Positions 1 to 9,429 of a DNA stretch of 55,014 nucleotides are shown here, in pieces (positions within the stretch are counted from its first letter, which is position 1; each line of letters opens with the position of its first letter). Source of the stretch: Gammaproteobacteria bacterium (lineage in GTDB: Bacteria; Pseudomonadota; Gammaproteobacteria; Natronospirales; REEB76); NCBI GenBank assembly GCA_036263155.1, contig DATAHN010000043.1, forward strand, positions 1 to 55,014, in the 5' to 3' direction. The notes under the pieces are model-generated. The model did no database searches and had not been told where the DNA came from. It was given only the letters and a program-made list of their open reading frames with translations. A program made the position numbers and the translations under genes.

Positions 1-800
1 GCGTACATGGCATGCGCCGCCCACTGCACCACGCGCTCGATGGGCTCATCGATGTGGTGCGGCACCAGGAGCTTCACCTCCACGCCGCGTCGCGCGGCCA
101 ACCGCAATGCGCGGCGGGTGCGCCGGTCCGGCACGAAGTACGGCGTGGTGAGATGGATACTGCGCTTCGCCTCGGCGAACTTGCGTCGGTACAGCCGGTG
201 TAGGTAGCGGCGTCCGCCGCGCGAGTGGTTGGTGACGAACAGGTGCCCGCCGGGAAGTTCCAGTGCCGGATGCGGCAGCATGCGCCCCCGCCAGAATGCA
301 TCGAACAGGCGCTGCAGCGTGCGCGCCAGCTTGCCACCCACCTGCAGCTGGGTATCTCGCCAGCGCTGCTCGCCGAACACACCGCGGGAATTCTCGCGGT
401 GTACATTGAAGCCGCCGAAAAAGCCGATGTGGCCGTCCACCACCAGGAGCTTGCGGTGGTTGCGGCGGTTGTAGCGGGCCGGGTCGCGCCAGCTCCAGCG
501 CCGGAACCAGCGCACTTTCACGCCGCCCTCCCGCAGCACCTGCTCCACCGTCTTGCCGGAGAACAGCGAGCCCACCGCATCTATGTAGACCAGCACCTGC
601 ACGCCGGCCTGGGCCCGTTCCACCAGTGCCCCGATGAAGCGCCGGCCGACCTCGTCGTCGGCGAATATGTAGCTCTCGAACTTGATGGTGCGGCGGGCGC
701 CATGGATCGCGTCGAGCATGGCCTCGTAGAGCTCGTCGCCCTCCGTGAAGACGCGGATGGGGGTCTCGGTCATTTTACGGCTGCTGTCTTGCGCCGACAT
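1..800 (-). CDS. cls: Cardiolipin synthase / phospholipase D family protein, 5' part (runs off the left edge)
   Basis: Manual translation from ATG at 800 (alternative 773): MSAQDSSRKMTETPIRVFTEGDELYEAMLDAI...FESYIFADDEVG...RNHRKLLVVDGHIGFFGGFN (HKD motif)...AKRSIHLTTPYFVPD. Missing from the ORF track because its stop lies outside the window. Confidence 0.9.
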   Translation of the reverse strand, partial: MSAQDSSRKMTETPIRVFTEGDELYEAMLDAIHGARRTIKFESYIFADDEVGRRFIGALVERAQAGVQVLVYIDAVGSLFSGKTVEQVLREGGVKVRWFRRWSWRDPARYNRRNHRKLLVVDGHIGFFGGFNVHRENSRGVFGEQRWRDTQLQVGGKLARTLQRLFDAFWRGRMLPHPALELPGGHLFVTNHSRGGRRYLHRLYRRKFAEAKRSIHLTTPYFVPDRRTRRALRLAARRGVEVKLLVPHHIDEPIERVVQWAAHAMY

Positions 801-854
801 CTGCGGGCCCGGCTGCTATAGTGTCCCTGGGATTCTAAACTGCCACCCAGCCAC

Positions 855-1598
855 TTGCGCCTGCTCCTCTACAACATGCGGTACGCCACGGGCACCGGCC
901 CGGGATTCCACCTGCCGCTGCCCGGGGCCGGCTACCTGCGCAACACCAGCAAGAACCTGGCCCGCATCACCGAGTTCATCAGGGACCAGGCGCCGGACAT
1001 CGTCGGCCTGGTGGAGGTGGATATGGGCTCGCGCCGCGCCGCGGCGGTGAACCAGGCCGAGGCCATCGCCTCCGCCATCGGCCACTCTCCCCACTTCCAG
1101 AACAAGTACGGCATCAATTCCATCAACCGGCGCCTGCCCATCCTGAACAAGCAGGGCAACGCCTTCCTGACCCACTACCCTGACGCCGTGCAGCGCCTGC
1201 ACTACTTTGAACTGGGGGTGAAGCGGCTTATCATGGAACTGGAGTTGGACCAGGTCTGCCTGTTCCTGGTGCACCTCTCCCTGAAGCGCAGCCACCGGCA
1301 CCAGCAGATGCACCACCTCGCCTCACTCGTGCGCAGCGCCACCAAGCCGGTGATCGTCGCCGGCGACTTCAACACCCTGTGGGGCGATCATGAAATCGCC
1401 AAGTTCATCGACGGCAGCGGGCTTGCCAACGCCAACCTCGGTAACCTCCCGTCCTGGCCCAGCAACCGCCCATTCCGCCAGCTCGACTTCATCCTGCATG
1501 GCCCCGGCATCGAGGTCGCGCGCTTCGACATCCCACGCACCACGCTCTCGGATCACCTGCCGCTGGTATGCGACTTCCACGTGCGGAGCGCGCACTGA
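855..1598 (+). CDS. Endonuclease/exonuclease/phosphatase (EEP) family protein, YbhP-like
   Basis: EEP motifs LLLYNM, DIVGLVEVD, VHLSL, AGDFN, LDFIL, SDHLPL. Confidence 0.88.
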   Translation: MRLLLYNMRYATGTGPGFHLPLPGAGYLRNTSKNLARITEFIRDQAPDIVGLVEVDMGSRRAAAVNQAEAIASAIGHSPHFQNKYGINSINRRLPILNKQGNAFLTHYPDAVQRLHYFELGVKRLIMELELDQVCLFLVHLSLKRSHRHQQMHHLASLVRSATKPVIVAGDFNTLWGDHEIAKFIDGSGLANANLGNLPSWPSNRPFRQLDFILHGPGIEVARFDIPRTTLSDHLPLVCDFHVRSAH

Positions 1599-2278
1599 TG
1601 CACTGGCTGCTGGCGGGGCTGACCGCCGCGGCGTTCGCCAGCGCCACCGTGCTGCTGGTGCGGCGGCGGCGCGCCACCATGGAGCAGGCTTGGCGCAGCT
1701 GGTCGGTCGACGGTCCCGGCGACGATCGCCTGCGGGCGTTGCGCGATGCGCTGCTGGCCGAGCTCACCCCGGAAGTGCGTGAATCCGTCCACGGCAACCT
1801 GCTCGAGTTCGAGTCGGTCCTACGGCGGGATGAGGACCCGCTGCAGGCGCTCCGGCGCGAACTCATGGACAGCGTGGACCGGCGGCTCCTCAACATGGAG
1901 ATACTGGAGCTGCCGCCCGAGGTCAGGAAGAAGCTCCGTGAGCAGAGCAGCGAACTCTTGCAGAGTGACGCCGAGGCCCGAACGTATATCGCCGCCAACG
2001 AGGCGCGCCTGGCGGTGCTACGGGAGTATGCCGGCCTGCGCTTCGGCGATCGTGTCCCTGGCGACTGGTTCGACGTGTATGAGAGAGCCTCGCGCCTGCG
2101 CCGCCGCGGTACCCGCAACTTCATCCAGCGCACCCTGAACGGCACCCAGACCGGCGAGGACGACGCCCGCTATCAAAGCATGACCCGGGTAGACCGGGAG
2201 ATCCGCACCCGCCTGCTCAAGGTCCCGGCCGGCACCCGCTTCACGGGGCTGGACGAGGGCAAGCTCGCCCCCGAATAG
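1598..2278 (+). CDS. Hypothetical membrane-anchored helical protein
   Basis: ATG at 1598 overlaps the EEP stop (TGATG); N-terminal hydrophobic segment followed by RRRR; no family recognised. Confidence 0.7.
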   Translation: MHWLLAGLTAAAFASATVLLVRRRRATMEQAWRSWSVDGPGDDRLRALRDALLAELTPEVRESVHGNLLEFESVLRRDEDPLQALRRELMDSVDRRLLNMEILELPPEVRKKLREQSSELLQSDAEARTYIAANEARLAVLREYAGLRFGDRVPGDWFDVYERASRLRRRGTRNFIQRTLNGTQTGEDDARYQSMTRVDREIRTRLLKVPAGTRFTGLDEGKLAPE

Positions 2279-2374
2279 CCGCCTTGCGGCCCCCCGGTCC
2301 GGTTCCTATGATGATGGGTCGCGAAGCGGCGTCCGTCGCCTTTCCATAACTAAACGAATATCCGGAGTCACCCC

Positions 2375-4417
2375 ATGGCCGAGAGCAACACCAACTGGCG
2401 CATCGAGCAGGACGCAGACGGCATCGCCTGGCTGTGCTTCGACAAGGCCGGGGCCAGCACCAACGTGCTCTCGACGTCAGTGATGCTGGAACTCAGTGAG
2501 GTCCTGAAGCAGGTGGCCGCCATGCGGCCGAAGGGCCTCGTCATCTACTCGGCCAAGAAGAACGGTTTCATCGCCGGCGCCGACATCAAGGAGATCAAGG
2601 ACCTGCGCGCCCAGCAGGAAGCCTTCCGCATGGCCCGCGGCGGCCAGCTTATCTTCGAGCAGATCGAGAAACTGTCCTGCCCCTCTGTGGCGCTCATCAA
2701 CGGCTTCTGCCTGGGCGGCGGTCTGGAGCTGTCCCTGGCCTGTACCTACCGAGTGGGCGTGGACGACGACAAGCTGACGCTCGGCCTGCCGGAAGTGAAG
2801 ATCGGCGTGCACCCTGGCTTCGGCGGCTCCGTGCGTTCCGTGCGCCTGGTGGGCGTGCTGCCGGCCATGAGCTTCATGCTGAGCGGCCGCAACGTGCGCG
2901 GCAAGGAAGCGCTCAAGATCGGCCTCATCGACAAGCTGGTGACGGAAGACATGGCGCGGCCGACGGCGGCGCGCCTCATCCTCAAGAACGGCCCCAAGAA
3001 AGCCCCGCCGTTCATGCAGAAGCTGCTAGGCATGGCGCCGTTGCGTCCCATCATCGCAAGCGTGCTGGCGAAGCAGGTGAAGGCCGCCAAGGTGCGCCGT
3101 GACCACTACCCCGCGCCCTACGCGGTGATCGACCTGTGGAAGAAGTACGCTGCTGGTGAGGCCCAGTACGAAGCCGAGGCCCAATCCTTCGGCCACATGC
3201 TGACGCTGGATGTCTCCCATAACCTCATGCGCGTGTTCCTGTTGCAGGACCGCCTCAAGTCCCTGGGCAAGAAATCCGATCTCGCCTTGAAGCACGTGCA
3301 CGTGGTGGGCGCCGGCACCATGGGCGGCGACATCGCCGCCTGGTGCGCCCTGCGCGGCTACGAGGTGACGTTGCAGGACCGGGAGGAGAAATACGTGCAG
3401 CCGGCACTGGCCCGCGCCCGCAAGCTGTTCGAGAAGAAGCTGCGGGGCGCCGAGGTGGATGCCGCGGCGTCGCGCCTCAAGATGGACGTGGCCGGTAGCG
3501 GCGCGAAGGACGCGCAAGTGGCCATCGAGGCCATCTTCGAGGATGTGGATGCCAAGCAAGCGCTGTATAAGAAGCTCGATGCGGTGATGGCGCCCGGTGA
3601 GGTGCTGGCCACCAACACCTCCAGCATCAGGCTCGAGACCCTGCGCACCGTGCTCAAGGAGCCGGCGCGTCTCGTGGGCCTGCACTTCTTCAATCCCGTG
3701 GCGAAGATGCCGTTGGTGGAGGTGATCCACGCCGAGGATACCCCCAAGGAGGTGGTAGCGAAGGCGCTCGCCTTCACCCGCCACATCGACAAGCTGGCGG
3801 TGCCAGTGAAGAGCGCGCCGGGCTTCCTGGTGAACCGCATCCTCATGCCCTACATGATGGAAGCGATGCTGGCGGCGGATGACGGCGTGGCGCTGGAGGC
3901 TATCGACCAGGCGGCGCTGGACTTCGGCATGCCCATGGGCCCGGCCGAGCTTGCCGACACGGTGGGCCTGGACGTGAGCCTCTCGGTGGCGAAGGTGTTC
4001 GCCAAGGAATTCAACAAGAAGATCCCGGAGAGCCTGGTGAAGCGTGTCGAGGCCAAGCAGCTGGGCCGCAAGACCGGCGAGGGCTTCTACAGATACGTGG
4101 ATGGCAAGCCGGTGAAGGATAAATCCCGCGCCGGCGGCGCCACCCAGGACCTGCAGGACCGGCTCATCATGCCCATGCTGAACGAGGCGGTGGCGGTGCT
4201 GCGCGAAGGCATCGTGGCCGATGCGGAGCTCCTGGACGCCGGCGTGATCTTCGGCACGGGCTTCGCGCCGTTCCGCGGCGGCCCGGTCAACTACATCCGC
4301 GCCGCCGGCGCAGACAAGCTGCAGGCGCGTCTGCAACAGCTCGCCCAGGCCCACGGCGACCGCTTCAAGCCGGACGCCGGCTGGAATGCGGCGACCCTGC
4401 GGGAGCCCAAGGCATGA
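2375..4417 (+). CDS. fadJ: Fatty-acid oxidation complex alpha subunit (enoyl-CoA hydratase / 3-hydroxyacyl-CoA dehydrogenase)
   Basis: Crotonase motifs FIAGADI, CLGGGLEL, LPEV; Rossmann VVGAGTMGGDIA; TNTSS, GLHFFNP, PMGP. fadJ versus fadB not resolved. Confidence 0.9.
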   Translation: MAESNTNWRIEQDADGIAWLCFDKAGASTNVLSTSVMLELSEVLKQVAAMRPKGLVIYSAKKNGFIAGADIKEIKDLRAQQEAFRMARGGQLIFEQIEKLSCPSVALINGFCLGGGLELSLACTYRVGVDDDKLTLGLPEVKIGVHPGFGGSVRSVRLVGVLPAMSFMLSGRNVRGKEALKIGLIDKLVTEDMARPTAARLILKNGPKKAPPFMQKLLGMAPLRPIIASVLAKQVKAAKVRRDHYPAPYAVIDLWKKYAAGEAQYEAEAQSFGHMLTLDVSHNLMRVFLLQDRLKSLGKKSDLALKHVHVVGAGTMGGDIAAWCALRGYEVTLQDREEKYVQPALARARKLFEKKLRGAEVDAAASRLKMDVAGSGAKDAQVAIEAIFEDVDAKQALYKKLDAVMAPGEVLATNTSSIRLETLRTVLKEPARLVGLHFFNPVAKMPLVEVIHAEDTPKEVVAKALAFTRHIDKLAVPVKSAPGFLVNRILMPYMMEAMLAADDGVALEAIDQAALDFGMPMGPAELADTVGLDVSLSVAKVFAKEFNKKIPESLVKRVEAKQLGRKTGEGFYRYVDGKPVKDKSRAGGATQDLQDRLIMPMLNEAVAVLREGIVADAELLDAGVIFGTGFAPFRGGPVNYIRAAGADKLQARLQQLAQAHGDRFKPDAGWNAATLREPKA

Positions 4418-4812
4418 AGTTCGACAGCCTGCCCACGGACCGCTCCGCCGAGGTCCGTACCCTCGCCATGCCGAAGGATACCAACGGCCTGGGCGACATC
4501 TTCGGCGGCTGGATCATGTCCCACGCCGACGTGGCCGGCGCCATCCTCGCGTTCCGCCGTGCCGGCGGCCGCGTGGTCACGGTGGCGGTCAATGACTTCG
4601 TGTTCGAGAGCCCGGTCTACGTGGGCGACGTGGTGAGCTTCTATACCGACGTGGCCCGGGTCGGGAACACTTCCATCGCCATCGACGTCACCGTGTTCTC
4701 CCAGCGCAGCGACGGCGAGCGGGAAGCCACGGTGCGGGTCGCCACCGCCCAGGTCACCTACGTGCGGGTGGGGGCGAACCGCAGGCCGGTGCCAGTGGCA
4801 CACAAGGGCTGA
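4414..4812 (+). CDS. yciA: Acyl-CoA thioesterase (YciA-like hotdog fold)
   Basis: MPKDTNGLGDIFGGWIMSHAD motif; ATGA overlap with fadJ. Confidence 0.88.
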   Translation: MKFDSLPTDRSAEVRTLAMPKDTNGLGDIFGGWIMSHADVAGAILAFRRAGGRVVTVAVNDFVFESPVYVGDVVSFYTDVARVGNTSIAIDVTVFSQRSDGEREATVRVATAQVTYVRVGANRRPVPVAHKG

Positions 4813-4855
4813 CGGAAGGGCTCGGTCCGGCCTTGGCCGGCGTCCGATGGGGGTA

Positions 4856-4864
4856 TGGTAGAAT
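4856..4864 (+). promoter_or_regulatory. Candidate extended -10 promoter (TG-g-TAGAAT)
   Basis: tggtagaat about 65 bp upstream of the ATG at 4930. Confidence 0.5.
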
Positions 4865-4929
4865 GGCTTTCCCCGGTTCCCGGGGTGGGGATTTCCCCGT
4901 CAGAACAACAAGTTGTAGGGCTGGAAGCG

Positions 4930-5967
4930 ATGGCACCCCGACCGCTCGAACGCGAACTCATCAAGCAATTCTCGCCCCTGAGTGGCCTCAAGCCGGAGAA
5001 CCAAGCGGACCTCGCCAGCAAGAGCCAGGTGCAGGACACCGAGGCCGGGCGTTACGTCTTCCGCCAGGGCGATGCCGACAAGCGCACCGTGTACCTAGTC
5101 AAAGGTGAGGTCGAGCTGCGTGCGGGCGACAAGGTGGTGCGCGTCATCACCGGCGGCAGCGAGGAAGCCCGCCATCCCCTCGCCCCCCAGATCCCGCGCC
5201 ACCTCTCGGCGCGCGCCAAGACCAACGTCGAATGGTTCGGCGTGGACAGTGACCTCTTGGACATCATGCTCACCTGGGACCAGACCGGCGCCTTCGAGGT
5301 CGGCGAGTTGCAGGCCCAGGAAGAAGCTCCCGCCGACGACTGGATGACCACCATCCTCCAGACCAAGGCCTTCCACCGCATCCCGCCCGCCAACATCCAG
5401 GCGGTGTTGATGCGCATGGAGAACATCGCGCGCAAGGCCGGCGACGTCATCATCAAGCAGGGTGACGAGGGCGACTACTTCTACATCGTCACCTCCGGTA
5501 AGTGCGTGGTGACTCGCGAGACCCCCACCAACAAGGCCGGCATCAAGCTCGCCGAGCTGGGGACGGGCGACGGCTTTGGCGAAGAGGCGCTGATCTCCGA
5601 CGCCAAGCGCAACGCCACTATCACCATGCTCACCGACGGCTCGCTGGTGCGCCTCGCCAAGGACGATTTCAAGAAGCTCCTGAACGAGCCCAGCCAGAAG
5701 TGGATCCCCATCGAGGAAGCCCAGAACATCGTCGCCGCCGGCGGCCAGTGGCTGGACGTGCGTCTGCCCAGCGAGTTCGAGAACAAGCACCAGGAAGGCG
5801 CCATCAACATCCCGCTCTATTTCATCCGCCTGAAGCTCGACACGCTCGATCCCAAGAAGAAGTACGTGGTGTACTGCGACACCGGCCGCCGCAGCTCAGC
5901 GGGCGCTTACATTCTCAGCGAGCGTGGCTTCGACGTGTATGTGCTGAAGGGCGGTGCTCCGTCCTGA
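4930..5967 (+). CDS. Tandem cyclic-nucleotide-binding domains plus C-terminal rhodanese domain
   Basis: CNB1 VFRQGDADKRTVYLVKGEVEL; CNB2 IIKQGDEGDYFYIVTSGKCVV with phosphate-binding cassette FGEEALISDAKRNATI; rhodanese LDVRLPSEF, GAINIP, YCDTGRRS. Start taken at ATG 4930. Confidence 0.88.
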   Translation: MAPRPLERELIKQFSPLSGLKPENQADLASKSQVQDTEAGRYVFRQGDADKRTVYLVKGEVELRAGDKVVRVITGGSEEARHPLAPQIPRHLSARAKTNVEWFGVDSDLLDIMLTWDQTGAFEVGELQAQEEAPADDWMTTILQTKAFHRIPPANIQAVLMRMENIARKAGDVIIKQGDEGDYFYIVTSGKCVVTRETPTNKAGIKLAELGTGDGFGEEALISDAKRNATITMLTDGSLVRLAKDDFKKLLNEPSQKWIPIEEAQNIVAAGGQWLDVRLPSEFENKHQEGAINIPLYFIRLKLDTLDPKKKYVVYCDTGRRSSAGAYILSERGFDVYVLKGGAPS

Positions 5968-5989
5968 CGCGCCTTGCTCCGCTTCGATG

Positions 5990-6016
5990 AAAAGCCACCC
6001 CAGGGTGGCTTTTTTT
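5990..6016. terminator. Bidirectional intrinsic terminator
   Basis: aaaagccacc-ccag-ggtggctttt-ttt between convergent genes. Confidence 0.85.
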
Positions 6017-6022
6017 ATTGGA

Positions 6023-7375
6023 TCAGGCCAGGGACTGGTGCTTCCCGCCATGGGCGCGGTTGAAGCGCCCCAATTCCTCGATGGCGGCACGCATGCCTTC
6101 CCGTTCCGCCAGCGTCAGGGCCGGGTTCCAGATGTCGAAGATCATCACCACCCGGGTCTTGCCGCTCCTGTTCCAGGCCTCATGCTCGAAGGTGTCGTCG
6201 AAGGCGATGCACTGCCCTTCCGTCCAGTGGCGGGTCTCGGTGCCTACGCGGATGCCGCATTCTGTGGTGGAAGGCACGATCAACGGCAGGTGCACCACCA
6301 GGCGCACGTTGATGACGCCGGTATGGGGCGGAATGTGGGCGCCGGGGGTGAGCACCGAATAGAGCGCCTCCGGCGAATGGTCCGCCACCCGGTTCAGGGG
6401 CGCCGCATCCAGCGCCGCGATGGTGTGCGGGCAGCGTGCGTGGTTGTCCGCGAAGGCCATCCCGTCCCGGTAGAAGAAGAATGCGTTCCAGTTGGGTGAG
6501 TGGTTGAGCTCGCGCCAGTAGGCGGCGCCCGGGTGCTCCCGCGGCATCTCCACGAACGGGCGGAACCCCTCCTCCCGCGCCAGCATCGCCAGGAGCTCCT
6601 CGCGGATTTCGCCGGTGTGGCTTTCCAGCTCCGCCATCCAGGGGAACTCGGAGCGCTCATACCAGGCGCGGGCCGGCAGCCCGGGGAAGCTCATGAAGGT
6701 GGGTCGCTGCAGCTCCGGCAGCGGGATGGGCGGGCGCAGCCCCAGGTAGGATTCGAGGCAGTACCAGACACGGCCGAGGGTCGCGCGTCCATGCTCCCGT
6801 TCCACCGGCGCCAGGGCGGCGCGGAACACCTCCATGCGCGCGTCGCGCAACGCGACCATGGCCTTCTCCGCCAGGACCCGGATGCCGGCGGGGATCGCCG
6901 CCACGTCCAGGAACAGGCCGCTCGCCTCCGCCGCCTCGAAGCCGCGCATGTACCGGGCCAGCGCCTCGTCCCGGCGGCCGAGCTCTTCCAGCAGCGCGCC
7001 ATGGTTGAACAGCGCAGCCACCAGGTCCGGCTTGAGCTCTGCCGCCCGCTCGAAGGCCTTGAGTGCGTCCTCACGGTTGCCGGCAGCGCGGTAGGCGATA
7101 CCGAGGTTCTTGAGCAGGTTCGCATTGGCGGGATTGAGCTCGACCGCCCGCTCCAGGCGCTGCACGCCGCCGCGCAGGTCGCCTGCCTGCAGTACGCTCA
7201 TTGCGATGAAGCTCAGTGCCTCGGGGTTGGCAGGCTCGAGGCTCAGGATGTCCTCGTACAGGCCGCGGGCCGCCGCCAGTTCGCCGCGCTGGGCGTGCTG
7301 GCTGGCGCGCTCCGCGAGCAGGCGCACACGCTCTTCCGGACCAGACTGCCCGGCCTGTGTGCCGCCGCTCGCCAT
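6023..7375 (-). CDS. TPR repeats plus aspartyl/asparaginyl beta-hydroxylase (AspH-like) 2OG-Fe(II) dioxygenase
   Basis: N-terminal TPR helices (NPEAL, NPANANLL); C-terminal HIPPHTG, RLVVHLPL, FDDTFEHEAWN, RVVMIFDIW. Confidence 0.88.
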   Translation of the reverse strand: MASGGTQAGQSGPEERVRLLAERASQHAQRGELAAARGLYEDILSLEPANPEALSFIAMSVLQAGDLRGGVQRLERAVELNPANANLLKNLGIAYRAAGNREDALKAFERAAELKPDLVAALFNHGALLEELGRRDEALARYMRGFEAAEASGLFLDVAAIPAGIRVLAEKAMVALRDARMEVFRAALAPVEREHGRATLGRVWYCLESYLGLRPPIPLPELQRPTFMSFPGLPARAWYERSEFPWMAELESHTGEIREELLAMLAREEGFRPFVEMPREHPGAAYWRELNHSPNWNAFFFYRDGMAFADNHARCPHTIAALDAAPLNRVADHSPEALYSVLTPGAHIPPHTGVINVRLVVHLPLIVPSTTECGIRVGTETRHWTEGQCIAFDDTFEHEAWNRSGKTRVVMIFDIWNPALTLAEREGMRAAIEELGRFNRAHGGKHQSLA

Positions 7376-7376
7376 G

Positions 7377-7724
7377 CTACATGGTGTGGGTGGGACGGTC
7401 GGCCTGGAGGGCGCCGCCGAGGTAGCTTTCGATCTTCTTGGAGGTGTTGCCGCCGTCCTGCTCGCTGAACTGCACGCCGATGCCGGCCGCGCGCTTGCCT
7501 TGGGCGCCGCGCGGCGTCACCCAGATGACCTTGGCAGCCACCGGCAGGCGCTCAGCGGATTCCATGAGCTGCAACAGGATGAAGACCTCGTCGCCGAGCT
7601 GGTACGGCTTGGCGGTGGGGATGAACAGGCCGCCGTTCTTGATGAACGGCATGTAGGCACTGTAGAGCGCGCTCTTGTCCTTGATGGCGAGGTTCAGGAT
7701 GCCCTGTTGACGCGGTGCGCTCAT
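7377..7724 (-). CDS. pilZ: Type IV pilus assembly protein PilZ
   Basis: LYSAYMPFIKNGGLFIPT, LGDEVFILL, GIGVQF; directly after holB; no RxxxR c-di-GMP motif. Confidence 0.93.
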   Translation of the reverse strand: MSAPRQQGILNLAIKDKSALYSAYMPFIKNGGLFIPTAKPYQLGDEVFILLQLMESAERLPVAAKVIWVTPRGAQGKRAAGIGVQFSEQDGGNTSKKIESYLGGALQADRPTHTM

Positions 7725-8785
7725 CGGTTACCCCATTCGTTCGCCGCCAGCGGCGACCCTTTCATGTCGTTGAGTCCCTCTGCCCAGTCCGACAGCAGCA
7801 CCGTGAAGGTGAGCTCCCGGTTCGCGCTGGAATCCAGCGCCTGGATCGCGGCCTGGATGCGGTCCAGGAACGCGTGGAGGCTACGCAAGTGTATGCCCTC
7901 CGCGGTCTTTTGCAATAGCGGAAGCTGGTCGCGGTTCACCACCGCGGCGGCCGCGCCGCTCTTCACCAGGATCAGGTCCGAGACCATGCTCCACAGGAGC
8001 CGCAGCAACTCGGGATAGCGTTCCTTCGGGTGCGCCGCCAGCATCACCGGATTGGCCTGGCCGGCGCGCAGCCGGGCCAGGGCCTCGAAGAACGCCTTGC
8101 GGCGCGGACCGATGTCGGACGCGGCCAGCTCCAGCGCCGCCAGCGGCGCGCCGCCGGTGAGCCCGAGCAGCACGTCCCAGTCCTCCCGGCGCTCACGCGC
8201 CTGCAGCCAGTCGCGCGCCACGGCGGGATCCGGCGTCGGCACCGCCAGCAGCTGGCAGCGGCTGCGGATGGTGGCCGGCAGCCGTCCCGTTGCCGAGCTC
8301 ACCAGAAGCAGCAGCGTGTCCGCCGGTGGCTCCTCCAGGGTCTTGAGCAGGCTATTCATGGCGGCGTGGCTCATGCCCTCCGCCGGCTCGATGACCGCGA
8401 GCTTGCGTCCCCCGTATTGGCTCGAGAGTTGCACGCGACCGACGAGCTCACGCACCTGTTCGATGCTGATGTTCATCTTGAGCGCGCCTTCCTCCCCTGC
8501 CTTCCCCTCGCGTTCCTCGAACGTCACGTGGTTATAGTCCGGGTGCACGCCGGCGGCGAACTGGGCGCAGGAGCTGCAGTGGCCGCAGGCATGCCCGTCA
8601 CTGGATTCGCGGCAGAGCGCGAGCTTGGCGAAGGCGGCGGCGAACAGACCCTTGCCCAGACCCGGCTGCCCGTTGATGAGCAAGCCGTGGGCGAGCCGTC
8701 CTTCCTTGAGCCGGGCGGCGAGCATGTCCCACAGCTCCCGCTGCCAGGGCAGCGGCACGTCGGCGAGCGTCGGCAGCATGCTCAC
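7721..8785 (-). CDS. holB: DNA polymerase III delta-prime subunit
   Basis: GQPGLGK, zinc motif C...CGHCSSC, SLLKTLEEPP, ATIRSRCQ; GTG start overlapping tmk stop (alternatives 8791, 8779). Confidence 0.93.
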   Translation of the reverse strand: MSMLPTLADVPLPWQRELWDMLAARLKEGRLAHGLLINGQPGLGKGLFAAAFAKLALCRESSDGHACGHCSSCAQFAAGVHPDYNHVTFEEREGKAGEEGALKMNISIEQVRELVGRVQLSSQYGGRKLAVIEPAEGMSHAAMNSLLKTLEEPPADTLLLLVSSATGRLPATIRSRCQLLAVPTPDPAVARDWLQARERREDWDVLLGLTGGAPLAALELAASDIGPRRKAFFEALARLRAGQANPVMLAAHPKERYPELLRLLWSMVSDLILVKSGAAAAVVNRDQLPLLQKTAEGIHLRSLHAFLDRIQAAIQALDSSANRELTFTVLLSDWAEGLNDMKGSPLAANEWGNR

Positions 8786-9429
8786 GTCCACCGCTCCAGA
8801 CGCTCGTCCAGCACCGCGGCGAGATCCCGCTGCACGCTGGGGATGTCCTGTCCCGCGTCCACCGCCTTGATGCGGCGCGGCTCCTTGCGGGCACGGGCGA
8901 GATACACGCGTCGCACTCTCTCGAAGAAAGCGTCTTTCTCCCGCTCGAAGCGGTCCAGCTCGCCGCGCCCGCGGGCACGGGCCATGCCCACCGCCACCTT
9001 CACGTCCAAGAGCAGCGTGAGGTCAGGCTTGAGACCCTTCAGCACCATGCGCTCGAGCTTGGCGATCTCAGTCACGCGGATGCCGCGGCCGCCGCCCTGG
9101 TAGGCATAGCTTGCGTCGGTGAAGCGGTCGCATACCACCCAGGTGCCCGCGGCGAGCGCGGGACGGATGAGCTTGTCCACGTGCAGCGCGCGGGCGGCGA
9201 ACATCATGAGCAGCTCCGCGGTGGGATCGAAGCCGTCGCCCCTGACCTTGAGCAGCGTGGCGCGGATCTCGTCCGCCTCCGGCGTGCCGCCGGGCTCGCG
9301 GGTCTCCAGCACCGTGAGGCCGCGGGCGCGCAGCTCGTTGCACACGAACTGCATGTGCGTGGACTTGCCGACGCCCTCCACCCCTTCCAGGGTGATGAAG
9401 CGCCCGCGTTTGGTCCGTGTCTTCTTCAT
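8782..9429 (-). CDS. tmk: Thymidylate kinase
   Basis: FITLEGVEGVGKST, TREPGGT, CDRFTDASYAYQGGGR. Confidence 0.96.
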   Translation of the reverse strand: MKKTRTKRGRFITLEGVEGVGKSTHMQFVCNELRARGLTVLETREPGGTPEADEIRATLLKVRGDGFDPTAELLMMFAARALHVDKLIRPALAAGTWVVCDRFTDASYAYQGGGRGIRVTEIAKLERMVLKGLKPDLTLLLDVKVAVGMARARGRGELDRFEREKDAFFERVRRVYLARARKEPRRIKAVDAGQDIPSVQRDLAAVLDERLERWT

